DNA of 64,000 nucleotides from an uncultured delta proteobacterium (GTDB lineage: Bacteria > Desulfobacterota > Desulfuromonadia > Desulfuromonadales > JACZKF01). The stretch's first letter is position 1. Each line of letters starts with the position of its first letter. Location of the stretch: assembly GCA_963816395.1 (NCBI GenBank), contig CAWFKQ010000001.1, positions 1-64,000 on the forward strand. The letters are read 5' to 3'. A model generated the notes under the pieces. It did not search any database and was not told the DNA's origin. It worked only from the letters and a program-made list of their open reading frames with translations. This document shows positions 12,580 through 24,670 of the stretch, one piece after another. A program made the translations under genes and the position numbers.

Positions 12580-13899
12580 ATGATCCAGCTGTTGCGCTTC
12601 GCCGATCCCGATTTCGAAACGGCCCTCCGGCAGATCGTCGAGCGCGGCGAGCACCCGCCGGAAGGGGTAGAGGAGACGGTCCGCGGTATCCTTGCCGAGG
12701 TGCGCCGGCGCGGCGATGCCGCCCTGTTCGAATACACCGCCCGCTTCGACCGGCTGGAGCTTTCCGCCGCCAGCGTGCAGGTGAGCGGAGAGGAGATCGA
12801 GCGGGCAATGGCGGCTGTCGACCGGGAATCCCTGGCGGTACTGCAACTCGCCGCCCAGCGCATCGCCGCCTACCACCAGAAACAGAAGAGCGAGACCTGG
12901 CTTTCCACCGACGAGGAGGACGTCCTCCTCGGGCAGATGGTGCGCCCTCTTGACCGGGTGGGGATCTACGTCCCCGGCGGCAAGGCCGCCTACCCTTCTT
13001 CGGTGCTGATGAACGCCGTACCGGCCAAGGTGGCCGGGGTGGGCGAGGTGATCATGGTCGTTCCCATGCCAGGCGGCGAGGTCAATCCGCACGTCCTGGC
13101 GGCGGCGCACCTGGCCGGCGTCGACCGCATCTTCAAGGTCGGCGGAGCGCAGGCGGTGGCGGCCCTGGCCTTCGGTACGGAAAGCGTGCCGCGGGTGGAC
13201 AAGATCACCGGGCCGGGAAACATCTATGTCGCCACGGCGAAAAAGATGGTCTTCGGCCAGGTGGACATCGACATGATCGCCGGTCCCAGTGAAATTCTGG
13301 TGATCAATGACGGCAGCGGCGAACCGGCGCACCTGGCCGCCGATCTCCTCGGCCAGGCCGAGCACGACGAACTCGCCTCCGCCGTGCTCATCACCACCGA
13401 CGCCGGTTTCGCCGAGCGGGTGCGAACGGCGGTGGAAGAGCAGCTGGCGCAACTGCCCCGGCAGTCGATTGCCCGTCAGTCCATCGATCGCTACGGGGCG
13501 GTGATCATCGCCCGCGATCTGGAGGAGGCGCTTGCTTTCGCCAACCGCATCGCCCCCGAACACCTGGAGCTGGCCGTGGCCAACCCTTTCGAGATCCTCC
13601 CCCGGATCCGCCACGCCGGTGCCATCTTTCTCGGGCATTTCACCCCGGAAGCGGCCGGCGACTACCTGGCGGGTCCCAACCATACCCTGCCCACCGGCGG
13701 CACTGCCCGCTTCTTCTCCCCCCTGGGGGTGGATGATTTCGTCAAGAAGTCGAGCATCATTTCCTTCTCAAGGCCGGGTCTCGAGCGGCTGGGGCGGGAG
13801 ATCGTCCATCTCGCGGGTCTGGAGGGGCTGGAGGCGCACGGGCGTTCGGTTTCGATCCGGTTGCAGAAGCCGGTACGGGAGGTGGAGGGCCAATTTTGA
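12580..13899 (+). CDS. hisD: Histidinol dehydrogenase
   Basis: YVPGGKAAYPSS, GPGNIYV, DMIAGPSE, QAEHD, APEHL, GPNHTLPT. Confidence 0.98.
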   Translation: MIQLLRFADPDFETALRQIVERGEHPPEGVEETVRGILAEVRRRGDAALFEYTARFDRLELSAASVQVSGEEIERAMAAVDRESLAVLQLAAQRIAAYHQKQKSETWLSTDEEDVLLGQMVRPLDRVGIYVPGGKAAYPSSVLMNAVPAKVAGVGEVIMVVPMPGGEVNPHVLAAAHLAGVDRIFKVGGAQAVAALAFGTESVPRVDKITGPGNIYVATAKKMVFGQVDIDMIAGPSEILVINDGSGEPAHLAADLLGQAEHDELASAVLITTDAGFAERVRTAVEEQLAQLPRQSIARQSIDRYGAVIIARDLEEALAFANRIAPEHLELAVANPFEILPRIRHAGAIFLGHFTPEAAGDYLAGPNHTLPTGGTARFFSPLGVDDFVKKSSIISFSRPGLERLGREIVHLAGLEGLEAHGRSVSIRLQKPVREVEGQF

Positions 13900-13963
13900 A
13901 TCTGAATTCTGAAAATCTTTTGAATTTATGAATTAACTGTTTCTCCGAGCCTCTGCGTTCAAA

Positions 13964-14563
13964 ATGGAGGACCCATGTCGAAGTGCCATCATCGAACGCA
14001 AAACCAGAGAGACGCAGATCCGCGTCGAACTGAACCTGGACGGCAAGGGGGAGAGCCGGATCGCCACGCCCGTCCCCTTCCTCGACCACATGCTCGACCA
14101 GATAGCCAGGCACGGCTTTTTCGACCTGGTCGTGGAGGCTACGGGAGACGTGGAGATAGACGCTCACCACACGGTGGAAGATCTGGGGATCTGTCTGGGC
14201 GAGGCGTTCAAAAAGGCCTTGGCGGATAAAGCGGGGATCCGCCGCTACGGTCGCGGCACCATGCCGATGCACGAGTCGCTGGCCTCGGTAATTCTTGATT
14301 TCTCCGGCCGCCCCTTCCTGGTCTACAATGTCCCCCTGCCCAAGGCCAAGGTGGGAGAGTTCGATACCGAACTGGTGGAGGAGTTCTTCGTCGCCTTCTG
14401 CAACCATGCCGGAGCCAATATCCACGTCAATCTCGCCTATGGCGACAACCTGCACCACATTATCGAGGCGATTTTCAAGGCCTTCGGTCGCGCCCTGGAT
14501 GAGGCGACCGGGTGCGATCCGCGCGTGCAAGGGGTGCTGACCACCAAGGGAAAGCTGGAATAG
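13964..14563 (+). CDS. hisB: Imidazoleglycerol-phosphate dehydratase
   Basis: [32 protein letters not shown]. Confidence 0.97.
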   Translation: MEDPCRSAIIERKTRETQIRVELNLDGKGESRIATPVPFLDHMLDQIARHGFFDLVVEATGDVEIDAHHTVEDLGICLGEAFKKALADKAGIRRYGRGTMPMHESLASVILDFSGRPFLVYNVPLPKAKVGEFDTELVEEFFVAFCNHAGANIHVNLAYGDNLHHIIEAIFKAFGRALDEATGCDPRVQGVLTTKGKLE

Positions 14564-14582
14564 CCGCGAGAGATCCGCATAA

Positions 14583-15210
14583 ATGAGCGACATCGTTATT
14601 ATCGATTACGGCATGGGCAATCTGCGCAGCGTGCAGAAGGGGTTCGAAAAAGTCGGCCTCGCTGCCCGGGTGACCGCCGATCCCCGTCGAGATCGAAAGC
14701 GCCGGCCGGCTGGTCCTTCCCGGAGTGGGGGCCTTCCGCGACTGCATGGCCAATCTGCGCGCCGGCGGCTTTGTCGAACCGATCCTGACCCATGTGGCAG
14801 CCGGCCGCCCCTTCCTCGGCATCTGCCTGGGACTGCAGCTGCTGTTCACCGAGAGCGAGGAGTTCGGCCGCCACCCGGGACTCGACCTGATCCGCGGGAA
14901 GGTGGTGCGCTTCCCCGCCGGCATGCGCGCCGGCCGAGAGGAACTCAAGGTGCCGCACATGGGGTGGAACCAGATCGCCCTGCGCCGTCCGGCTCCCCTT
15001 TTCAAGGGGATCCGGGAGGGGAGCGCCGTCTATTTCGTCCACTCCTACTTTGTGGTCCCCGACGATCCGGCGGTGGTCGCGGCCGAGGCCGAATACGGTC
15101 TCGAATTCTGCGCCGCCGTCTGGCAGGACAATATTATGGCGACCCAGTTCCATCCGGAAAAAAGCCAACAGGTAGGGCTGCGGATTCTGCAGAATTTCGG
15201 GGAACTGTAG
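14583..15210 (+). CDS. hisH: Imidazole glycerol phosphate synthase glutaminase subunit (frameshift near 14688)
   Basis: IIDYGMGNLRSV, GICLGLQ, VPHMGWN, YFVHSY, QFHPEKS. Confidence 0.96.
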
Positions 15211-15250
15211 GGGCAATATTTGCGCCTGGGGCATGATGAATCATGCCTAC
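15207..15250 (+). repeat. GTAG-type REP-like doublet
   Basis: GTAGGGGC...gggcatgatgaatcatgcCTAC; the TAG is the hisH stop. Confidence 0.55.
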
Positions 15251-15261
15251 GAAGGATTATC

Positions 15262-15996
15262 ATGATCGTTATTCCGGCAATTGATCTGAAGGAAGGGCGT
15301 TGCGTCCGCCTGGAACAGGGGCTGATGGAGAAGGACACCATCTACTCCGACGATCCCGCCGCCCAGGCCCGCAGCTGGCAGGAGCAGGGGGGCGAACTGC
15401 TGCACCTGGTCGATCTCGACGGCGCCTTCGCCGGCGTCCCCCGAAACCGGGAGGCAATTCGCGCCATCGTCGCAGCGGTGGGTATCCCCACCGAACTAGG
15501 GGGCGGCATCCGCGACCTGGCGACCATCGAGGCCTATCTCGACCTGGGGGTTTCCCGGGTCATCCTCGGGACGGTGGCCAAGGAGAACCCTGCCCTGGTG
15601 CGCGAGGCCTGCCGGCTCTTCCCACGGCGAATCGTGGTCGGCATCGACGCCAGGGGCGGCAAAGTGGCGGTGCGCGGCTGGGCGGAGGTGACGGAGAAGA
15701 GCGCCGCCGAACTGGCACGGGAGATGGAGGACTGCGGGGTTGAAGCGGTCATCTATACCGATATCGCCCGCGACGGCATGCTGCAGGGGCCGAACATCGA
15801 GGCCACCCGGCAGCTGGCAGAGGCGATCTCCATTCCGGTCATCGCTTCCGGAGGCGTTTCCAGTCTGCGCGACATCGAAAACCTGCTGGCGATCGAAAGC
15901 TCCGGAGTCACCGGGGTGATTACCGGCAAGGCGATCTACACCGGTGCCCTTGACCTGCGGGCGGCGGTGGCCTTGACCAAAAGCAAACCTGATTAA
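15262..15996 (+). CDS. hisA: ProFAR isomerase
   Basis: [37 protein letters not shown]. Confidence 0.97.
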   Translation: MIVIPAIDLKEGRCVRLEQGLMEKDTIYSDDPAAQARSWQEQGGELLHLVDLDGAFAGVPRNREAIRAIVAAVGIPTELGGGIRDLATIEAYLDLGVSRVILGTVAKENPALVREACRLFPRRIVVGIDARGGKVAVRGWAEVTEKSAAELAREMEDCGVEAVIYTDIARDGMLQGPNIEATRQLAEAISIPVIASGGVSSLRDIENLLAIESSGVTGVITGKAIYTGALDLRAAVALTKSKPD

Positions 15997-16075
15997 CGCA
16001 AAGACGCAAAGAGGAAAGGCAAGATGCAAAGTTTTTTCTCTGCGCCTTAGTTTTTACCTTTGCGCCTTGGCGTTA
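15995..16075. repeat. Intergenic octamer inverted repeat (same family as 12484)
   Basis: aacgcaaagacgcaaagag...ctttgcgccttggcgtt. Confidence 0.65.
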
Positions 16076-16089
16076 AAAACGGAAATTTT

Positions 16090-16857
16090 ATGCTGACAAA
16101 ACGAATTATTCCATGCCTGGACGTGAAGGACGGCCGGGTGGTCAAGGGGGTGCAGTTCGTCGAGCTGCGTGACGCCGGCGATCCGGTGGAGGCGGCCGAA
16201 GCCTACGACGCCCAGGGGGCGGATGAGCTGACTTTTCTCGACATCACCGCCTCGCACGAAAAGCGGGGGATCATTCTCGATGTGGTGGCCCGCACCGCCG
16301 AGCGGGTGTTCATGCCCCTCACCGTTGGCGGGGGGGTGCGGGAGATGGCCGATATCCGCAACCTGCTCAACGCCGGCGCCGACAAGGTCTCCATCAACAC
16401 GGCGGCGGTGCATCGGCCGGAGTTCGTCCGGGAGGCGGCGGAGCGCTTCGGCTCCCAGTGCATCGTAGTGGCCGTCGATGCCCGCCGGGTGACTTCGCCG
16501 GCGGGGCTGCACTGGGAGGTCTTCACCCACGGCGGACGCCACCCGACCGGACTCGACGTCCTCGAATGGGCGGCGCGCATGGAAGAATACGGCGCCGGCG
16601 AGATCCTGCTCACCTCCATGGACCGGGACGGCACGCGGGACGGTTACGATCTGCAGCTGACCCGAGCGGTCAGCGACCGGGTGCGGGTCCCGGTGATCGC
16701 CTCGGGGGGGGTGGGGAATCTGGAGCACATCCGTCAGGGGCTGGTGGAAGGGGGGGCCAGCGCCGCCCTGGCGGCCAGCATCTTCCATTTCCGCCAGCAC
16801 ACCATCCGCGAATGCAAGGAGTATCTGCAGGCGCATGGGGTGCCGGTCAGGCTTTAA
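16090..16857 (+). CDS. hisF: Imidazole glycerol phosphate synthase cyclase subunit
   Basis: [36 protein letters not shown]. Confidence 0.98.
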   Translation: MLTKRIIPCLDVKDGRVVKGVQFVELRDAGDPVEAAEAYDAQGADELTFLDITASHEKRGIILDVVARTAERVFMPLTVGGGVREMADIRNLLNAGADKVSINTAAVHRPEFVREAAERFGSQCIVVAVDARRVTSPAGLHWEVFTHGGRHPTGLDVLEWAARMEEYGAGEILLTSMDRDGTRDGYDLQLTRAVSDRVRVPVIASGGVGNLEHIRQGLVEGGASAALAASIFHFRQHTIRECKEYLQAHGVPVRL

Positions 16858-16864
16858 ACCGCTT

Positions 16865-16960
16865 AACGCAGAGACACTGAGAAAATTTCGATACGAAGGC
16901 AAATCCATTTGCAGAGATGGAGCGGGTGAGTTTTTTCCGTGCCTCCGCGTCTCCGCGTTA
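16865..16960. repeat. Intergenic octamer inverted repeat (ACGCAGAG / CTCCGCGT)
   Basis: aacgcagagacactgag...cctccgcgtctccgcgtt. Confidence 0.55.
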
Positions 16961-16993
16961 AAGGTTTTTTGAGAGGTAGAAGAGGTATTCTGC

Positions 16994-17366
16994 ATGAATG
17001 ATCGACAGCAGGACATTCTCGAAGCGGTTTACCGGGTCATCCAGGAGCGGCGGCAGAACCCGTCCGAGACGTCCTATGTCGCCACCCTGTTCGATAAGGG
17101 GCTGGACAAGATCCTCTCCAAGATCGGCGAGGAGGCCACCGAACTGGCGGTGGCCGGCAAGGGCGGGGACGGACGAGGAGGTCATTTACGAAGCGGCCGA
17201 CCTTTTCTTCCATGTCCTGGTTCTTCTCGGCTGGTACGACCTGCCCCCCGAGCGCATCTTCGCCGAGTTGCGGCGGCGGTTCGGTCTCTCCGGCCTGGAC
17301 GGAAAAAGCGAGTCGCGGCAAATAGAAATAGTTTGTTGCCTTCGGCAGATTATTGGTTTAGAATGA
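16994..17366 (+). CDS. hisE: Phosphoribosyl-ATP diphosphatase (frameshift near 17170; 3' end uncertain)
   Basis: SYVATLF, KIGEEATE, EAADLFFH, ELRRRFG. Confidence 0.92.
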
Positions 17367-17406
17367 CCAATTTGGTCCGCTATGATTCATCCACCCGAGG
17401 TCAGTC

Positions 17407-17856
17407 ATGAGCCTGCACGAGCGTCTGAATGAAGAAATGAAAGAGGCTATGAAGGCCAGGGACTCTTTGCGCCTGAATGCCATTCGCCTGCTGCGGACGG
17501 CAATCAGGAACCGGGAAATCGAAGAGCGCCACGCCCTGGACGACCAGGGAGTCATCGCCGTCCTCTCTACACTGGTAAAGCAGCGCCGGGAGTCGGCCCA
17601 GGTTTATCGGGAGAACAACCGACCTGAACTGGCGGAGAAAGAGGAACAGGAGCTGGCCATTATCCAGGAATTTCTTCCGGCGCAGCTCAGCCGGGAGGAA
17701 ATCGATGGAATCATCGAGGCGGCGGTGGCTGAAACCGATGCCGCTTCGATGAAGGACATGGGGAAGGTGATGAAGGTGGTGACCGCCCGTACCACCGGCC
17801 GGGCCGACGGGCGGGAGGTGAGCGAATTGGTCAAGGCGCGGCTCTCCCGGGGTTAA
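17407..17856 (+). CDS. GatB/YqeY domain protein
   Basis: KEAMKA, KQRRES, FLPAQLS, KDMGKVM, GRADG. Confidence 0.92.
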   Translation: MSLHERLNEEMKEAMKARDSLRLNAIRLLRTAIRNREIEERHALDDQGVIAVLSTLVKQRRESAQVYRENNRPELAEKEEQELAIIQEFLPAQLSREEIDGIIEAAVAETDAASMKDMGKVMKVVTARTTGRADGREVSELVKARLSRG

Positions 17857-17891
17857 TATCCGGACACTCGATTTTCGCGCACGAAAGCCGG

Positions 17892-18383
17892 ATGAATTTT
17901 TTCGACATAGCCATTCTAGTGCTGCTGGCGGCCTTCCTGGTGAAGGGCCTGGTACGGGGATTAGTGAAGGAGTTCTTTTCCCTTCTGGGTCTGGTGGCCG
18001 GAGCGGCCCTGGCTTTCCGCTTCCATGCGCCCCTGGCGCAAGTGCTGACGGAAACCCTCAGGCTGCCTGCCCGCTTCTGCGTGGTGGCGGCCTTTCTTGT
18101 CCTTTTCCTCACCACCATTCTGCTCTTTGCGGTGGTCAGTTATCTCCTTTCCCGATTCATCAAGCTGCCTTTCCTGGGGGGATTGAACCGGGTGACGGGA
18201 GGGTTCTTCGGTCTTGGGCAGGGGACTCTTCTGCTGGCGGTGATCCTTTTCGTCGTTTCCCTGGGGAATCTGCCGGCCGGTATCGAAAAAACCTATCGCG
18301 ATTCTCAACTGGCGCCCCCCTTCGTTCGCCTGGGGCAAGCCGCTTTTCGGGGGAGCCGCCTTTTGCTGGCGAATTGGCGCTGA
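17892..18383 (+). CDS. cvpA: CvpA family membrane protein
   Basis: MNFFDI...GLVRGLVKE, LNRVTGGFFG. Confidence 0.85.
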   Translation: MNFFDIAILVLLAAFLVKGLVRGLVKEFFSLLGLVAGAALAFRFHAPLAQVLTETLRLPARFCVVAAFLVLFLTTILLFAVVSYLLSRFIKLPFLGGLNRVTGGFFGLGQGTLLLAVILFVVSLGNLPAGIEKTYRDSQLAPPFVRLGQAAFRGSRLLLANWR

Positions 18384-18406
18384 AGGCCGGGCGGCAGCAA
18401 TAAGCG

Positions 18407-20767
18407 ATGAACGAAGAAACCCTGCGGGTTCTGGATTACGACAAGGTCACTAACCTCCTGGCCGGTTTTACCCTGACCCAGCCGGGACGCGAGCGGGCAC
18501 AGGCCTTGCGACCGTTGCCCCCCTCTCTGGTGGCGGCAGCGCTGGCCGAGGTGACGGAGATGGAGGCGGTGCTGGCCGCCAGCGGCAGACCGCCGATCAG
18601 CGGGTGTCGGGATCTGCGGGAATCGCTGCGCGCCCTGCGGGCCGAGGGGAGCTGGCTGCCGCCGGCCGCCCTGCTCGAGGTCCTGGCAAGTGCCGAGGCG
18701 GGGCAAGAATGCCGGAGCTTTTTTGCCGGCAGGGAGGAGGCGCCGCGGCTGCGAGCCCAGACCCAGACCCTTGCGCCGCTGAAGGAGCTGCGCCAGAACC
18801 TGCGCGCCAGCCTCAGTGGACGCGGCGAAATCCTCGACAGCGCCTCCTTTGAACTCGGGGAGATCCGGCGGGAAATCCTGCAGGTCCGCAGCGGCATCAA
18901 GCGGACGCTGGAAGGTTTGCTGGCCGCCGAAGGTCTGGCCGGGATCTTTCAGGAGCGGATCATCACCGAACGCGGCGGGCGCTATGTGGTGCCGGTGCGC
19001 GCCGATCACCGCGGTCAGCTCAAGGGGTTCATTCATGACGAGTCGGCCAGCGGCCAGACGCTTTACCTGGAGCCGACGGCGGTTCTGGACGGGAACAACC
19101 GGCTGCAGACTCTGCTGCGGGAAGAGCGGCGGGAGGAAGAGCGGATACTGCGGCGCCTGGCCGCTCTGGTGCGGCGGGAGTCGACAGCCTTAGCTGCTAA
19201 TCAGGAAATCCTCGCCGCTCTCGATTTTACCGCCGCCGCGGCTTGGTTTTCCCGGCAGTATGCCGGGGAAGTACCGCAGCTTTGCGCCGAGCCGCTGCTG
19301 GAATTGAGGGCGGCGCGCCATCCACTGCTGCTCTTTCATCCGGACGGGTCCCGCCGGGAGGGAGAGGCGGTGCCGATCGATCTGCTGCTGGGGGAGGGCT
19401 GCCATACCCTGGTGGTGAGCGGCCCCAATACCGGCGGCAAGACTGTGGCCCTGAAAACGGCCGGTCTGCTGCTGCTGATGGCCCGTTCCGGGCTGCCGGT
19501 TCCCTGCGCTCCCGGCAGCCGTCTGCATCTGTTCGGCAGGGTATTCGCCGATATCGGTGACGAGCAGAGCATTGAGGCGAACCTTTCCACCTTCTCCGGC
19601 CACCTGATCCGTATCCGGGAGATTCTGGCGGCGGCGGACAGTGATTCCCTGATTCTGCTCGACGAGGCCGGCACCGGTACCGATCCGGCGGAGGGTGGGG
19701 CGCTCGCCCTGGCGGTTCTCGATACCCTGCAGGCGCGCGGGGCACGGACGCTGCTGACCACCCATCTCAACCTGCTCAAGGGGTATGCGCACCTGCAGGC
19801 GGGGGTGGAGAACGCTGCGGTGGAGTTTGACAGCCAGACCCTGGCCCCGAGCTACCGTCTGCATTACGGCATCCCCGGGGCGAGTAACGCTTTTACCATT
19901 GCCCGCCGCCTCGGTCTGCCGGAAGATGTCCTGACCCGCGCCGCGGGCTATCTGGGCGAAGGGGAGCAGGAAGGGTTGACTCTGATCGAGGAACTTAACC
20001 TCCTGCGGAAGGAAATCGCCGTCGAGCGCGAAGAGGCGCGCCGGTTGACGGAGGAGGCTCGCCAGGATCGTGACCGGCGCCGACACCTGCTGCGGGAACT
20101 GGAAGAGCAGCAGCGGGAGGTGCTGGAAAAGGCGGCCCGCCGTGGTCAGGAGCGGGTGCGGGAGGCGGAGCGGATGCTGAAGGACTTGCTGCGTCAGGCG
20201 CAGGAAGCGACCGTCGCCCCGCCGGAGCGAGCAAAGCTGGCCGGAGAATTGCACGCGGTCAAGGAGGAAGTGGCTCGCCTGCGCCCCGAGCCGCGGCGCC
20301 GCGGGGATGTGCCAACCGAAGTGCGAATTGGAGAAATCCTGCGCATTTCAGCCCTGGATACCGAGGGGGAGGTGGTGCGGGTGGCCGATGGCGTCATCGA
20401 GCTTTCCGTCCGCGGCAAGAAGCTGCGGCTTACCGCAGGTGAGCTGGAACAGTTTGCACCCAGGCGCTTTGCTGGCCGGAAGCCGAGCAAGGTGCGCAGC
20501 AGCGTGATCCGGGAAAACTTTCAGCCGCGGCTGCTGCTGGTGGGAAAACGGATCGACGCGGCGCTGCCGTTGCTCGATCGCTTTATAGACGATGCGCTCT
20601 TGCACGGGATGCGGCAGGTGGAGGTGGTGCATGGCGCCGGGGAAGGGATCCTGCGCCGGACAGTGCGTGATTTCCTGGCCCAGCACCGGGGGGTGGCGGC
20701 TTTTCGCGGCGGCGAGCTCGGGGAAGGCGGGGACAATCTGACTGTGGTCGAATTGAGGGGGGAATGA
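18407..20767 (+). CDS. mutS2: Endonuclease MutS2
   Basis: HDESASGQT, GPNTGGKT, DIGDEQSI, LDEAGTGTDP, C-terminal Smr (VVHGAGEGIL). Confidence 0.95.
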   Translation: MNEETLRVLDYDKVTNLLAGFTLTQPGRERAQALRPLPPSLVAAALAEVTEMEAVLAASGRPPISGCRDLRESLRALRAEGSWLPPAALLEVLASAEAGQECRSFFAGREEAPRLRAQTQTLAPLKELRQNLRASLSGRGEILDSASFELGEIRREILQVRSGIKRTLEGLLAAEGLAGIFQERIITERGGRYVVPVRADHRGQLKGFIHDESASGQTLYLEPTAVLDGNNRLQTLLREERREEERILRRLAALVRRESTALAANQEILAALDFTAAAAWFSRQYAGEVPQLCAEPLLELRAARHPLLLFHPDGSRREGEAVPIDLLLGEGCHTLVVSGPNTGGKTVALKTAGLLLLMARSGLPVPCAPGSRLHLFGRVFADIGDEQSIEANLSTFSGHLIRIREILAAADSDSLILLDEAGTGTDPAEGGALALAVLDTLQARGARTLLTTHLNLLKGYAHLQAGVENAAVEFDSQTLAPSYRLHYGIPGASNAFTIARRLGLPEDVLTRAAGYLGEGEQEGLTLIEELNLLRKEIAVEREEARRLTEEARQDRDRRRHLLRELEEQQREVLEKAARRGQERVREAERMLKDLLRQAQEATVAPPERAKLAGELHAVKEEVARLRPEPRRRGDVPTEVRIGEILRISALDTEGEVVRVADGVIELSVRGKKLRLTAGELEQFAPRRFAGRKPSKVRSSVIRENFQPRLLLVGKRIDAALPLLDRFIDDALLHGMRQVEVVHGAGEGILRRTVRDFLAQHRGVAAFRGGELGEGGDNLTVVELRGE

Positions 20768-22626
20768 CCGGGCGGATAGCGGAAGAGAAGATCCAGGAAA
20801 TCCGCGAGCGCACCGATATCGTGGCGGTCGTCACGTCCTATCTGCCGCTGCGGCGCTCTGGAGCCAATCACCTTGGCCTGTGTCCTTTTCACGCGGAAAA
20901 AACTCCATCGTTCAACGTAAACGCCGCCCGCCAGATTTTTCATTGTTTCGGCTGTGGAGTCGGAGGGGATGTGTTTTCCTTCGTGATGCGCATGGAAGGG
21001 CTTGCCTTCCCGGAAGCGGCGCGCCGCCTGGGAGAAGGGGTGGGGATCGAGATCGAGGAGGAGACCCCGTCGCCCGCCGAGGAAAGGGATCGCGAGGAAA
21101 GGGAGCGCCTGGCCCGGGTCAGCGAGACCGCCTGCGAATTCTACCATCACCTGCTGCTGGAAGGGAGTGAGGGAGCAGCCGCCCGCCGCTACCTGAAAAG
21201 GCGCGGGTACGATGGGGCGATTGCGCGCCAGTTCAGGCTCGGCTATGCCCCCGATCGCTGGGAAGGCCTTGCCGGGCACCTGGCCGGCAAAGGCTTCGAC
21301 CCGCAATGGGCGCGCGAAGTAGGGCTGATCCGCCCGGGTCGGGAGGGACGTGGTGATTTCGACCTGTTCCGCCGGCGCCTGCTCTTTCCCATCATCGATC
21401 TGCGTGGGCAGGTGGTGGCTTTCGGCGGGCGCGTCCTCGACAATTCGCTGCCGAAATATCTCAACTCGCCTGAGTCCCGCATCTATTACAAGGGCCGAAT
21501 TCTGTTTGGCCTCTACCAGGCGCGAGAGGTGATGCGGCAGAGCGGGGAGGGAATCGTGGTAGAGGGCTATTTCGATCAGCTGGCCCTGCATCGCGCCGGT
21601 TTCGGCAATGCGGTGGCCACCTGCGGCACTGCGCTGACCTCGGAGCATGCCCGCCTGCTCAAGCGGTATTGCCAGCGCCTGCTGCTCCTTTTCGACCAGG
21701 ACGGAGCCGGGCAGAAAGCGACCTTCCGGGCAATGGATGTCCTGCTTGCCGAGGGAATTCCGGCCGCGGTGGTCGCCCTGGATGCCGGGGAGGACCCCGA
21801 CTCCTTCCTGCGCCGGCAGGGCGAAGAAGAATTCCGCCGGCGCCTGACAGCGGCCCGGCCGGTCCTGGAGGTGTTCATGGACAAGGTGCTGGCGGAGCAG
21901 GGGGAAAGCATCGAGGGGCGGGCGCGGGCCGTGGAGGAAATCCTTCCACGGCTGCGTCGTTTGCCGAGCGAGATCGAACGCAACCTCTATCTGCAGGCAC
22001 TGGCCAGGCGCACCGGGGTGGAGGAGGCTCTGCTGCGCCGGCAGGCGGAAAAGGAACCAGCCGAAACATCACCGGTCTTCCCCCACCGGAACCCGCCGGA
22101 TCGGGGGCCGGCGCCGCCCTCCCCGGGCCGGCAGCCAGCCAGCCAGCCGCAAAAATCCTCCCGGCCGGCCGGACCGCGGGAGACGGGGGCGGGGATGAAG
22201 GCGCAGCAATGGCTGCTGCACCTGATGATCCTTGATACGCAGGTGCGCCGGCGGGTCGCCGAAGAGGGGGTCGAGCAGCTCTTTTACACCGACGGCTATC
22301 GTCAGTTGGCTACCCTGGTGCTGCAGCGCGGGGAGGCCGGTGAGGCGCCGGAGACATTACTCTCAGAGAATTTGAATGAGGAGCAAAAAACCTTTTTGTC
22401 GGGTATTCTTATAAAGGATGAAAATGTATTTGCCGATGACCCGGAACGGATATTCGACGGCTGTCGAAAGGCGGTAGAGAAGGAGCGTCTGAAGCAGCGG
22501 ATCGGCGAACTGGATGCCCTGATCCGCCAGGCCGAGGCGGCAGGAGACCCGGATCGGCAGACGGCTTACCGGATGGAGCAGATCCAGGTCAACCGAAAAT
22601 TGAAAAACCGCAATTTACAGATATAG
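20764..22626 (+). CDS. dnaG: DNA primase
   Basis: CPFH-x-EKTPSF...CFGC zinc finger, KYLNSPE, VEGYFD, FDQDGAG TOPRIM. Confidence 0.98.
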   Translation: MTGRIAEEKIQEIRERTDIVAVVTSYLPLRRSGANHLGLCPFHAEKTPSFNVNAARQIFHCFGCGVGGDVFSFVMRMEGLAFPEAARRLGEGVGIEIEEETPSPAEERDREERERLARVSETACEFYHHLLLEGSEGAAARRYLKRRGYDGAIARQFRLGYAPDRWEGLAGHLAGKGFDPQWAREVGLIRPGREGRGDFDLFRRRLLFPIIDLRGQVVAFGGRVLDNSLPKYLNSPESRIYYKGRILFGLYQAREVMRQSGEGIVVEGYFDQLALHRAGFGNAVATCGTALTSEHARLLKRYCQRLLLLFDQDGAGQKATFRAMDVLLAEGIPAAVVALDAGEDPDSFLRRQGEEEFRRRLTAARPVLEVFMDKVLAEQGESIEGRARAVEEILPRLRRLPSEIERNLYLQALARRTGVEEALLRRQAEKEPAETSPVFPHRNPPDRGPAPPSPGRQPASQPQKSSRPAGPRETGAGMKAQQWLLHLMILDTQVRRRVAEEGVEQLFYTDGYRQLATLVLQRGEAGEAPETLLSENLNEEQKTFLSGILIKDENVFADDPERIFDGCRKAVEKERLKQRIGELDALIRQAEAAGDPDRQTAYRMEQIQVNRKLKNRNLQI

Positions 22627-22677
22627 AGTATCTTAGATTTCCGCTGACTGGCGGAAGTCGAGAGGAGAAGGGAAGGC

Positions 22678-24438
<1,761 letters not shown>

Positions 24439-24450
24439 GGTGGAAAAATA

Positions 24451-24479
24451 TTGACAGGGCGCCCCGCCGGGCCTAAACT
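24451..24479 (+). promoter_or_regulatory. Sigma70 promoter for the tRNA gene
   Basis: TTGACA-17 bp-TAAACT ending 14 bp before the tRNA. Confidence 0.7.
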
Positions 24480-24493
24480 CGACTTTTGTTCTC

Positions 24494-24569
24494 GGGCCTA
24501 TAGCTCAGCTGGTAGAGCCACCGGCTCATAACCGGTCGGTCCCAGGTTCGAATCCTGGTGGGCCCACCA
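24494..24569 (+). tRNA. tRNA with CAT anticodon, probably tRNA-Ile2 (lysidine-modified)
   Basis: GGGCCTA acceptor stem, TAGCTCAG D arm, CTCATAA loop, GTTCGAATC T loop, encoded CCA; lacks initiator-tRNA features. Confidence 0.9.
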
Positions 24570-24670
24570 CCTAGGACGGAAATGAGTTGCCAACTCATAC
24601 CTGAATATAGCTAATTTTTCGAGAGTGCAACGGTGCTACAGTTGCACTCTTTTTTTCCCCACCCCGGAGA

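Noticed and set aside
22060..22195. Pro-rich insert in DnaG as an intein or mobile insertion
   Set aside because: Short low-complexity linker between domains with no splicing motifs.
24494..24569. tRNA as an integration site or as initiator tRNA
   Set aside because: No integrase or duplicated 3' end seen in the window, and the flanks are core genes. It has a paired 1-72 position and lacks the GGG/CCC anticodon stem of tRNA-fMet.
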